A stretch of DNA of 63,565 nucleotides, the filler included. It is 5 parts of 5 records of this genome, joined end to end, with 100 filler letters (N's around TTAATTAATTAA, not from the genome) between each part and the next. Parts side by side here need not be neighbours in the genome. Positions count along the whole stretch, not along the records: positions 24,164 to 34,427 come from SRR22947725_2485; positions 34,528 to 46,682 come from SRR22947725_2488; 3 more parts are not named here. The stretch is one strand, 5' to 3'. Below are positions 30,878-38,577 of the stretch, piece by piece (position 1 is the first letter of the stretch; every line of letters starts with the position of its first letter). The notes beneath the pieces are model-generated. The model made no database searches, was not told where the DNA came from, and saw only the letters and a list, made by a program, of their open reading frames with translations. Made by a program: the position numbers and the translations under genes.

Positions 30878-31700
30878 TTATCACCTGTAATAATAGTTCT
30901 CTATTAGATGAAGAAATATTTGTAATTTCTGGAGAAACTAACAATAAATACTTTATAAAACCGTGGTGATCTTTTGTGACCAAATTTAAAGTTATTAAGT
31001 CATCTTGGATGACTTGGTTAGAATCTGTAAAGATAAAAATATTTTTATGGATGTTATGCAAATTTTTGTTTGATCGTAATTGTACAGAAATTTCTTCACT
31101 TTTATCCTCCCAAGTAAAGGTAAAATTTTTAATCTCATTATTGTGAAGGTTGTCTTTTGTTCCTATCTTTAAATCGTTTATATTTGATATTTTAAAGGTC
31201 TTAACAAACTTGTTATCTTCAGCACCTAAATACCAAGATCCGTTGTGGAACCTTAAACCAAGTGGATAAACTTTCCTGAGTTTTTCATTGTATAAAAAAG
31301 ATACCCTCCTTTTTTCTCTAGAGGCAACACTTAATCTTGGTATAATTTTTAAATTTTGGTTTAGCTCAAAGTGAGGAGATAAGTATTTTTTGATAACTGA
31401 ATATGTATTACTAAATGATTCAAAATTAAAATTTGGAGTATTCTTTATTTGAGTAATAATATTCCTACCTTCAAGTTTATAACCTTCTTGGAGGGTCCAT
31501 TTATCATTTTCATATTCCAATCTAAAACCAACTTCTTTTAACAACACCTTATCGCGTTCGAATGATCTTTTGAAGGCACCGTCGCTGAGTTCTCTATATT
31601 CAGGAATATTGTCTTTTATATAATTACTATCAATATTCGAGTTAGGCAGATTGTCAAAAAGAGCAATTATCTTTAAACATCTTTTAAATACATTTTTCAT
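30867..31700 (-). CDS. pafB: WYL-domain regulator, PafB-like
   Basis: AFKRSFERDK.LL.E.G (PafB wHTH signature); RKVYPLGL....GSWYL; KTFKISNI. Confidence 0.8.
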   Translation of the reverse strand: MKNVFKRCLKIIALFDNLPNSNIDSNYIKDNIPEYRELSDGAFKRSFERDKVLLKEVGFRLEYENDKWTLQEGYKLEGRNIITQIKNTPNFNFESFSNTYSVIKKYLSPHFELNQNLKIIPRLSVASREKRRVSFLYNEKLRKVYPLGLRFHNGSWYLGAEDNKFVKTFKISNINDLKIGTKDNLHNNEIKNFTFTWEDKSEEISVQLRSNKNLHNIHKNIFIFTDSNQVIQDDLITLNLVTKDHHGFIKYLLLVSPEITNISSSNRELLLQVINGL

Positions 31701-31779
31701 AAAATTCGTTTCATTAGTATCTTACAAAATATTTAAAATAATTTTTGTATTCGATGATTTGTGTAAATCTATAATAGGG

Positions 31780-31785
31780 TAAAAT
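31780..31785 (+). promoter_or_regulatory. Putative -10 element for a leaderless ferredoxin transcript
   Basis: TAAAAT 7 nt before the ATG at 31793, no Shine-Dalgarno; an alternative TATAAT lies at 31770. Confidence 0.35.
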
Positions 31786-31792
31786 ACTATGT

Positions 31793-32038
31793 ATGAAAGT
31801 ATGGATTGATCAAGATTTATGTACAGGAGATGGACTCTGTGAAGAAATAGCACCTGATGTTTTCGTTGGATTAGATGATGGGCTTTTTTATGTTAAAGAG
31901 GGAGACAAAATCTTTTCTGAAGAAAATGGAAATGTTGGTGGCGCAGAGGGATTAGCAGTAGTGCCAAAAGGTCAAGAAGATGCAGTAGTTGAGTCAGCGG
32001 AAGAGTGTCCTGGCGAATGCATCATGATTGAGCCATAA
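31793..32038 (+). CDS. Monocluster ferredoxin (CxxDxxC...CP)
   Basis: WIDQDLCTGDGLCEEIAPDVF ... EECPGECI. Confidence 0.92.
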   Translation: MKVWIDQDLCTGDGLCEEIAPDVFVGLDDGLFYVKEGDKIFSEENGNVGGAEGLAVVPKGQEDAVVESAEECPGECIMIEP

Positions 32039-32039
32039 A

Positions 32040-32813
32040 TCAAATAATAAACCTTCCACTTATAATAAATCCAGTATGACCTACCATAGTGTGTTTTGGT
32101 CTTGAAATATTGCCTTTAACTGTCCACTCTCTTTCAAGGACTTCCTTGATCTCAATATGCTGAAAATTATGTTGTTCAAGTGTGTCTTTAGTTTTTGAAA
32201 TCTGAGATATAGATGGTAAATACGACACCCAATATAGATTGTCTTCAATTTGATTATTGTCAAAAAAATGCCAAGGTTCAGGAACGTCAGTAATTATTGA
32301 ATTAAAATTTATTGAGATATTTTTCATCGAAAATGTTGATAAATCTTCATTTACAAAGTTAATTTTTTTTATAAATTCTTCAGAGTAATTTGATAGATAT
32401 CTTGAAATAGTCTTACCTGCTCTGTATTGATTTTTTTTGCTGACATCTAATGAGTAAAATTCAGAATTAGGTCCAAGCAATGTAGCAATAAAAAGTGTGA
32501 GTGCACCAGAGCCAGTACCAATTTCAAGAACTCTGCTGTGTGAATTAATATTTGCTGAAACGATTATAGATCCTGCATCTTTTGGATAAATTATCTGTGG
32601 ACCTCTTTTCATAAGAAGAACGAAATCTTTATAAGAGGGGGTATATATTGTAAATTCGATACCCGTTGATGATAAGATCTTGATAGGCAGTTTGTCTATA
32701 TTATCAAATTCTATTTTGCCTTCATTAGTTATGAATTCTTGACCCTTAGTTATGACGCTTAAATACTGTTTAGATGGTGACTCGATAATAACGAGATTAT
32801 TTTCAAAATTCAC
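32040..32813 (-). CDS. trmI: tRNA (adenine-58-N1)-methyltransferase
   Basis: MKRGPQIIYPKD, EIGTGSGALT, DVPEPW, MVGHTGF. Confidence 0.92.
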   Translation of the reverse strand: MNFENNLVIIESPSKQYLSVITKGQEFITNEGKIEFDNIDKLPIKILSSTGIEFTIYTPSYKDFVLLMKRGPQIIYPKDAGSIIVSANINSHSRVLEIGTGSGALTLFIATLLGPNSEFYSLDVSKKNQYRAGKTISRYLSNYSEEFIKKINFVNEDLSTFSMKNISINFNSIITDVPEPWHFFDNNQIEDNLYWVSYLPSISQISKTKDTLEQHNFQHIEIKEVLEREWTVKGNISRPKHTMVGHTGFIISGRFII

Positions 32814-32817
32814 AAAA

Positions 32818-32907
32818 TTATATTAACAATAAAAAATATGCAATTGTTGAAAATACTACACCTGCTGCAAGCAAAATAGCTACAAATTTTTGTAAAGATC
32901 TGTTCAT
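32818..32907 (-). CDS. 29-aa single-TM small protein (not in ORF track)
   Basis: MNRSLQKFVAILLAAGVVFSTIAYFLLLI; ATGA overlap with upstream ORF; stops 4 nt before the trmI GTG. Confidence 0.55.
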   Translation of the reverse strand: MNRSLQKFVAILLAAGVVFSTIAYFLLLI

Positions 32908-33059
32908 TTTCGTTTCTTGATTATCTTAGTTTTAATCCTATTAAATTTTTCATACAGTCTTCCTATAAGAATACCGAAGATTAGGAAAGTGATAATCTTA
33001 GAGTTATCGTCATTGACATTTTTTTTGAGTTCACTGTATGAGTCTTTGTAATTTTTCAT
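32904..33059 (-). CDS. 51-aa single-TM hypothetical protein
   Basis: ATG 33059 overlaps the upstream TGA; IITFLIFGILIG TM followed by a basic tail. Confidence 0.6.
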   Translation of the reverse strand: MKNYKDSYSELKKNVNDDNSKIITFLIFGILIGRLYEKFNRIKTKIIKKRK

Positions 33060-33349
33060 TTCATTATTCTCCAAATAATAAGTCCAAAAGAGAATAAACA
33101 CAGTAAGGCCATGGAAAAATAAGTCATAGCTTGGAGGAAAAAATTACCTACAAATAATTGGCTTAGTATTGATGCAATTCCAATAATTATAAATAACATG
33201 GATATAGCTAAATAGTTTCCTGCTTTAAAGTTTCTTTTTAAAGATTTTATTGAATCTTCAACTTCATCAATTGTTTCCTCTTTGAAGTGTTGCAATAATT
33301 TATCTACTGATTTTACTGCACTGATTGGAAGGTCAAATATACTACTCAT
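33056..33349 (-). CDS. Two-TM hypothetical protein (YqjE/holin-like topology)
   Basis: Soluble helical N-terminus plus two TM segments; ATGA overlaps at both ends. Confidence 0.65.
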   Translation of the reverse strand: MSSIFDLPISAVKSVDKLLQHFKEETIDEVEDSIKSLKRNFKAGNYLAISMLFIIIGIASILSQLFVGNFFLQAMTYFSMALLCLFSFGLIIWRIMK

Positions 33350-34377
33350 TTTTTATTATTTTCAATAACTGTCCCAACTACACCTTGTATGGTTGCTGCC
33401 ACAGGTAGTGCTAGAATTGCTCCTACTGCTCCAACTGTATATGCTCCAAAGATTGTTGAGAAAACTGCTACTGCTGGGTGTATCTCCATGGTTGACTGTG
33501 TAATTTTTGGACTGATAAAATAGTTTTCTAGTAATTGATATATCGAAAGAACCAGAAGCGTGTACAAAACATAATTAGCTCCCAGTGATACCGAAGCTAA
33601 AACTGGAACTATTCCACCAAGGAATGTCCCGATCACTGGAATCAATTGGGATAATACCCCTGCTGCTATTCCTAAAGCTACGGGTGATGGTAATCCAATA
33701 ATAAGAAAAGAAACTGTAAATACAACACTGGCAAGGATTCCCAAAATTACTCGTGCAACGATAAATCCACCTGCCTTGGAAACACCTATTGTCCAAACTT
33801 GATCTATAAGATTGGAATAGCGTGAAGAAATAGAATTTTTTAAACTTTCTCTCCAATGCTCACCTTCGCTTATTAAGTAAAAAGAAAAGAAGAAGATTAT
33901 GAAAAAATGTCCAAGTGCACTCAGCACACCTTGTCCGGCGAACACAACAGTCTCGCCAACTGTTTCCCCATATGATTTAATAAATGTACCAAATTGAGTC
34001 TCCAAATCGAGAGATTGATTTGAAATTGAAAAACCTTCACTATTTATATATTCCAAAATGTTATCTAGGTAAGTTGGTAACTGTGTTGATAGAAAATAAA
34101 TCTCTTGAACCATAATTGGAACAAGGGAAAAGATTATTCCAAATATAACAAATAAAATTACAAACACAGCAATAAGTGCCGATATTTTTCTTCCAAATTT
34201 TTTTGACAACCTGTAAACGACAGGTTCCGCTAAAGCAGCTAAGACAATAGCTACAAATAAATCAAAAATTAAAGGCTTTACTCTTAAAAATATAATTATT
34301 GCAATTCCAATAAAGAGAACATAAAAGAATGCTCTATTCAATAGCTCTTGTCTTGATTCACCTTTTTTCATATTCAT
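33346..34377 (-). CDS. AI-2E (PerM) family transporter
   Basis: IPVIGT, YQLLENY.ISPKI, IHPAV, GAILALPVAA. Confidence 0.9.
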   Translation of the reverse strand: MNMKKGESRQELLNRAFFYVLFIGIAIIIFLRVKPLIFDLFVAIVLAALAEPVVYRLSKKFGRKISALIAVFVILFVIFGIIFSLVPIMVQEIYFLSTQLPTYLDNILEYINSEGFSISNQSLDLETQFGTFIKSYGETVGETVVFAGQGVLSALGHFFIIFFFSFYLISEGEHWRESLKNSISSRYSNLIDQVWTIGVSKAGGFIVARVILGILASVVFTVSFLIIGLPSPVALGIAAGVLSQLIPVIGTFLGGIVPVLASVSLGANYVLYTLLVLSIYQLLENYFISPKITQSTMEIHPAVAVFSTIFGAYTVGAVGAILALPVAATIQGVVGTVIENNKK

Positions 34378-34427
34378 ATATTATGACTCAAACTAGCGAT
34401 TTATAGTTACGATTATTAAATATCAGT

Positions 34428-34527
34428 NNNNNNNNNNNNNNNNNNNNNNNNNNNNNNNNNNNNNNNNNNNNTTAATTAATTAANNNNNNNNNNNNNNNNN
34501 NNNNNNNNNNNNNNNNNNNNNNNNNNN
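34428..34527. other. Artificial contig linker
   Basis: 44 N + TTAATTAATTAA + 44 N. Confidence 0.99.
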
Positions 34528-34561
34528 ATATTAGCTAATGAATAAAGAGTGGAATTGTTAA

Positions 34562-35590
34562 ATGTCAAATTTCCCAGATATTTTTAATAGTAAAGGGATA
34601 TTGTTGTTATTAATTATAGCAATATCAATTTTTTTTTCAATTTACATATTTGAAGTTTTAAAATTATTTATAATTGCTTTTATCATTGTATATATTACTA
34701 ATCCTATTAAAGTAAATTGTGAGAAATACATTAACAAAACTTTTTCAAGTTTATTTTCCATAATAATTTTTGTTTTACTTCTTTTATCAACTTTAATTTT
34801 AATTGTTCCTATTATTCTAGAACAAACTCAAAATTTAATTTTAATATTACCTTCTTATATAAGTGAAATTGAAAACTATGTTAGAGAAATTAATACTAAG
34901 TATTTATTTAATGACAAATTAAAATCATTAGATATATCTTTTTTATTTAAACCATTATCAAATACTTTTTTAAAATCAGGTAATGAGCTAATTAACAATA
35001 GTATTCAGTTTTTTAGCAGTTTCTTTAACATAATATTGATTTTAGTTATTAGCTTTTACATGAGTATAGAGTTTGAAAAAATCAAATCTTTTTTTAATGA
35101 CTTAGCAGGTAAGTCTCGTTTTAAAGACTTTAAAAAATTAACTACTGAAATAGATCACGTTTTGTCAAAATTTATAAGAGGGCAGGGGTTGATTTGTCTT
35201 TTTTTAGCCGCTTTTTATGCAATATCATTATTGTTGGTTGGTATAAAGTTTGGAATACTTTTGGGAATATTCTCAGGTATAATATCTTTTATTCCATATG
35301 TTGGAGCATTTCTTGGTGGTGGCCTGACACTCGTTCTTGGCTTCTTTCAATTTGGCATGTCAATTGAAATGCTGATTTTACTATTTATATTTGTGTCTGG
35401 CCAACTATTGGAGAGCTATTATTTAACACCAAAATTTGTAGGAAATGCAATAAACCTCAACCCTGTATGGATTATGTTTGCTCTATTAACTGGTGCACAT
35501 TTGGCTGGGTTTGTGGGAGTATTAATATCTCTTCCAATAGCTGCTATTTTTGGTGTTTTGGTAAGGCATTATATTGTTAAACTATTCTAG
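34562..35590 (+). CDS. AI-2E (PerM) family transporter
   Basis: FIRGQ, FIPYVG, GQLLESYYLTPKFVG, LNPVW. Confidence 0.9.
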   Translation: MSNFPDIFNSKGILLLLIIAISIFFSIYIFEVLKLFIIAFIIVYITNPIKVNCEKYINKTFSSLFSIIIFVLLLLSTLILIVPIILEQTQNLILILPSYISEIENYVREINTKYLFNDKLKSLDISFLFKPLSNTFLKSGNELINNSIQFFSSFFNIILILVISFYMSIEFEKIKSFFNDLAGKSRFKDFKKLTTEIDHVLSKFIRGQGLICLFLAAFYAISLLLVGIKFGILLGIFSGIISFIPYVGAFLGGGLTLVLGFFQFGMSIEMLILLFIFVSGQLLESYYLTPKFVGNAINLNPVWIMFALLTGAHLAGFVGVLISLPIAAIFGVLVRHYIVKLF

Positions 35591-35601
35591 TGAACTAATT
35601 T

Positions 35602-36321
35602 ATGTCTTTTAAAATAAGAAAAATTAATAAAAATTCGTTTAATAAACAACTAATATTACCTTTAACCTTTAAATCAATAAAAAATAGAGAAAATTTTATA
35701 ATTTCAAGCTCAAACCAGTCAGCTATTCAGTTAATTGAAAATTCTAATTATTGGCAAAAAGAGACTAATAGTATACCAGCAGCAATCATATATGGACCTA
35801 AAGGGTGCGGAAAAACACATTTAAGTAATATTTTTAAAGATAATAATAATTCTATTTATTTAGATGATTTGTTGTCTTTCAATTTAGATTTAATTAATAA
35901 AGAAAATAGTTTTATCATCGACAATTTTTATCCCAGTCGGGTTTATCCAGCAGAATTAGTGATGCATTTTTTAAATAGAGTTATAAACTCTGATGGTTCT
36001 GTTTTGTTCTTATCAACATTGTCTCCTCATATGATGGATTGGGGTTTAGAAGATTTAAATTCAAGGATACGTAGTCTAATATCTAGTGAAATTAAAATAC
36101 CTGATGATGTGTTGTTATATTCTTTTATAGTTAAATATTCTAATGATAAAAAATTATTTTTGAGTGATAAGCATATTTTTTATATTTTGCAAAGAGTAGA
36201 ACGAAGTTTTGAAAATATAATTAAAATGATAGATAAACTTGATTATTATTGTTTAGAAAAAAAAGAAAAAGTAAATTATAAAACTATTAGAGCTGTTTTT
36301 GAAAGTTTAAGCTTACGTTAA
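35602..36321 (+). CDS. hdaA: DnaA regulatory inactivator HdaA
   Basis: N-terminal clamp-binding QLILPL, FIISSSN, Walker A GPKGCGKTHL, DLNSR, ERSF; follows an AI-2E gene. Confidence 0.8.
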   Translation: MSFKIRKINKNSFNKQLILPLTFKSIKNRENFIISSSNQSAIQLIENSNYWQKETNSIPAAIIYGPKGCGKTHLSNIFKDNNNSIYLDDLLSFNLDLINKENSFIIDNFYPSRVYPAELVMHFLNRVINSDGSVLFLSTLSPHMMDWGLEDLNSRIRSLISSEIKIPDDVLLYSFIVKYSNDKKLFLSDKHIFYILQRVERSFENIIKMIDKLDYYCLEKKEKVNYKTIRAVFESLSLR

Positions 36322-37472
36322 AGTTTGATTTTTTTAATTTTTTTATTTTCAATAGAAAATGCTAATTTTCCTTCTAATAATAACCTAACATAATTTCCGA
36401 AAACTTCCTTTCGCCATCCTTTAAATATTTTATGATTTTCATTCGGTTCATACAAAATATCTCTTAAATCTTCTGAGTCAGCAATTAATTTCTGTGCTAA
36501 ACCACTTTTGTCTGAACAATATGTAAGTAAAAGTCTTAATAATTCTAAACAACATTTATCAATATTTTGTTTCTTATATGTGTTGTTGATTTGGGGCCAT
36601 TGATTAGAATTACATTTTCTAGAATGTTTCAGAGTTTCTATAATCTGGTTATAATCATCGTTTGATAAATTTTTTGAGATACCTCTAATTTTTTTTAACT
36701 TATTTATTTCATAAGGTTTTAAAATTGCGATATTGACTAAAGTTTCATCTCTAATCAGTCTATTTCTAGGAATGTTTCTTTTTTTACATTCTATTTCTCT
36801 CCATGATGCAAGATCTTTTAAATAGTTGAGTGTTTCTCTATTCGCTTGTTTAATTTTAATCCTTTCCCACGCAGTTTTTGGTTCTGTAATATATAAACTC
36901 TTATTAGTGAGGTGATTTGTTTCCTTCTCTACCCAAGAATCACGTTTTAATTCTTTTATTAATTGTGAAATAAGATAATAAATTCTAATCAAATGCGTGA
37001 CGTCAGAGATTGCGTAATCCAATTGATTTTTTGTTAATGGCCTTTGTAGCCAATTTGTAAATTGATTTTCCTTATTTATTGAAATATCTAAAAATTTATT
37101 TACTAATTTTTCGTAGCCAACTTGGTCTCCCAACCCACAAAACATAGCAGCAATTTGAGTATCATATATTGATTTAGGTATTTCTCCTGTTAGATGAAGA
37201 AAAATTTCAATATCTTGTCTTGCTGAATGAAAAACTTTTAGAATAGTTTCATTAGCAAGTAAATCCCAAATAGGCTGCATTTCTATACCAGACAGTGGGT
37301 CTATAGCTGCAGAAAAGTTTTCGCCAGCAATTTGGACTAAACATAAAGATGGGTAATATGTATTATCTCTAATAAACTCTGTATCAATAGCTAATACTTT
37401 TTCTTTTATACATTTATTATAGAAATCTTTTAATGTATTGTTATCAGTGATTATAGTGTTTGATTTAAACAT
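36318..37472 (-). CDS. rnd: Ribonuclease D
   Basis: AIDTEFIR..TYY, KVFHSARQD, DTQIAA, YAISDV, HRDC (WRE), GWR. Confidence 0.95.
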   Translation of the reverse strand: MFKSNTIITDNNTLKDFYNKCIKEKVLAIDTEFIRDNTYYPSLCLVQIAGENFSAAIDPLSGIEMQPIWDLLANETILKVFHSARQDIEIFLHLTGEIPKSIYDTQIAAMFCGLGDQVGYEKLVNKFLDISINKENQFTNWLQRPLTKNQLDYAISDVTHLIRIYYLISQLIKELKRDSWVEKETNHLTNKSLYITEPKTAWERIKIKQANRETLNYLKDLASWREIECKKRNIPRNRLIRDETLVNIAILKPYEINKLKKIRGISKNLSNDDYNQIIETLKHSRKCNSNQWPQINNTYKKQNIDKCCLELLRLLLTYCSDKSGLAQKLIADSEDLRDILYEPNENHKIFKGWRKEVFGNYVRLLLEGKLAFSIENKKIKKIKL

Positions 37473-37554
37473 AGTTATTTAATTTAAAACAAATTATCTA
37501 TAAAACAACATTATTTAAATTTTAATAAAAGATTTAAACGAAGAGATAGAATGT

Positions 37555-38343
37555 ATGTTTATTAAAAATTTTTTTTTAGCGTTTTTATTTTCAATATATT
37601 TTTTTAGTAATGCTTCAGCAGAGATTTTGTCTCATAAAGCTACATATTCACTATTAATTCAAAATATAAAAGATGGAAGTTTCCTTGAGGGTGGTCAAGG
37701 TCAAACATATTTTGAAATAAAGAAAGGATGTGAGGGTTGGAATGTCAGGGAAGATTATGTTCTCATATATGATTTACCAAATAAAAAGACATCCAACAGT
37801 TTGTCTGCTTATTCTACTTTTGAAAATTTTGCAGGCACTAAGCATAGCTTTGAACTAAATGATGATAGCCAATTCAGTGGCAAGAATGCCTATGAGGGTT
37901 ATGTTGAGAAAAATAAAAGTAAAATCCAAGGGTATTTGATTAAAGACAATATAAAAAGCTTATCTTTTAATAAAGATTTATTGTTTCCTATAGAACATTT
38001 AAGAAAAATTATTCAAAAGGCTGAATCTGGAGAAAAATTATATACACAAAAAGTTTTTTTTGGAAATGAAGACAAAGAATTTGTTAAAACAGTTTCTGCT
38101 TTTATTGGAAAAAAAAAGCAATCAACCTCACAAGATTTTAAATTTTTATCTAATAGTAAAGTTTGGCCAATGAAAATTGCTTTTTATAGTCAAAACTCTA
38201 GAAAAGGTGATCCAGATTACGAAATTAAGTTAGACCTTGATGATAATGGTATCGCTCATTATTACGAGGTTGATTACGGCGATTTTGAAATAAAGGCAAC
38301 ATTAAAGAGCTTTGAGAGGGTTAAAGAAGAAAAATGTAATTAA
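37555..38343 (+). CDS. eipB: Periplasmic EipB (DUF1849) family protein
   Basis: Signal peptide; HKATY.L, GCEGW, LFP.EH, WP...A.Y, DYGDF, terminal Cys. Confidence 0.75.
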   Translation: MFIKNFFLAFLFSIYFFSNASAEILSHKATYSLLIQNIKDGSFLEGGQGQTYFEIKKGCEGWNVREDYVLIYDLPNKKTSNSLSAYSTFENFAGTKHSFELNDDSQFSGKNAYEGYVEKNKSKIQGYLIKDNIKSLSFNKDLLFPIEHLRKIIQKAESGEKLYTQKVFFGNEDKEFVKTVSAFIGKKKQSTSQDFKFLSNSKVWPMKIAFYSQNSRKGDPDYEIKLDLDDNGIAHYYEVDYGDFEIKATLKSFERVKEEKCN

Positions 38344-38346
38344 AAA

Positions 38347-38514
38347 TTATTTTATTTTTGCTTCTTTAAATATCACGTGTTTACGAATCTTAGGATCGTA
38401 TTTTTTTAATTCCAATTTTTCAGGCTTAGTTCTTGGATTTTTTTTTGTTACATAAAAAAAGCCCGTGTCGGCAGTACTTAGTAGTTTAATCTGTAGTGTA
38501 GCTGGTTTAGCCAT
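38347..38514 (-). CDS. rpmG: 50S ribosomal protein L33 (not in ORF track)
   Basis: [55 protein letters not shown]. Confidence 0.97.
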   Translation of the reverse strand: MAKPATLQIKLLSTADTGFFYVTKKNPRTKPEKLELKKYDPKIRKHVIFKEAKIK

Positions 38515-38577
38515 TCTGTTCTCCAATAATTATGCTTAATTTATGTATTTTTTTTTTAAAGTCAAGTTTCGTTATTT

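Noticed and set aside
30059-31700. WYL pair as a CRISPR or anti-phage regulator
   Set aside because: The FERDK motif and the tatA-tatC-helY context identify PafBC; no cas genes, arrays or defence genes are nearby.
33346-35590. Two adjacent divergent AI-2E transporter genes as a duplication
   Set aside because: They sit on different contigs from different phyla, separated by a linker.
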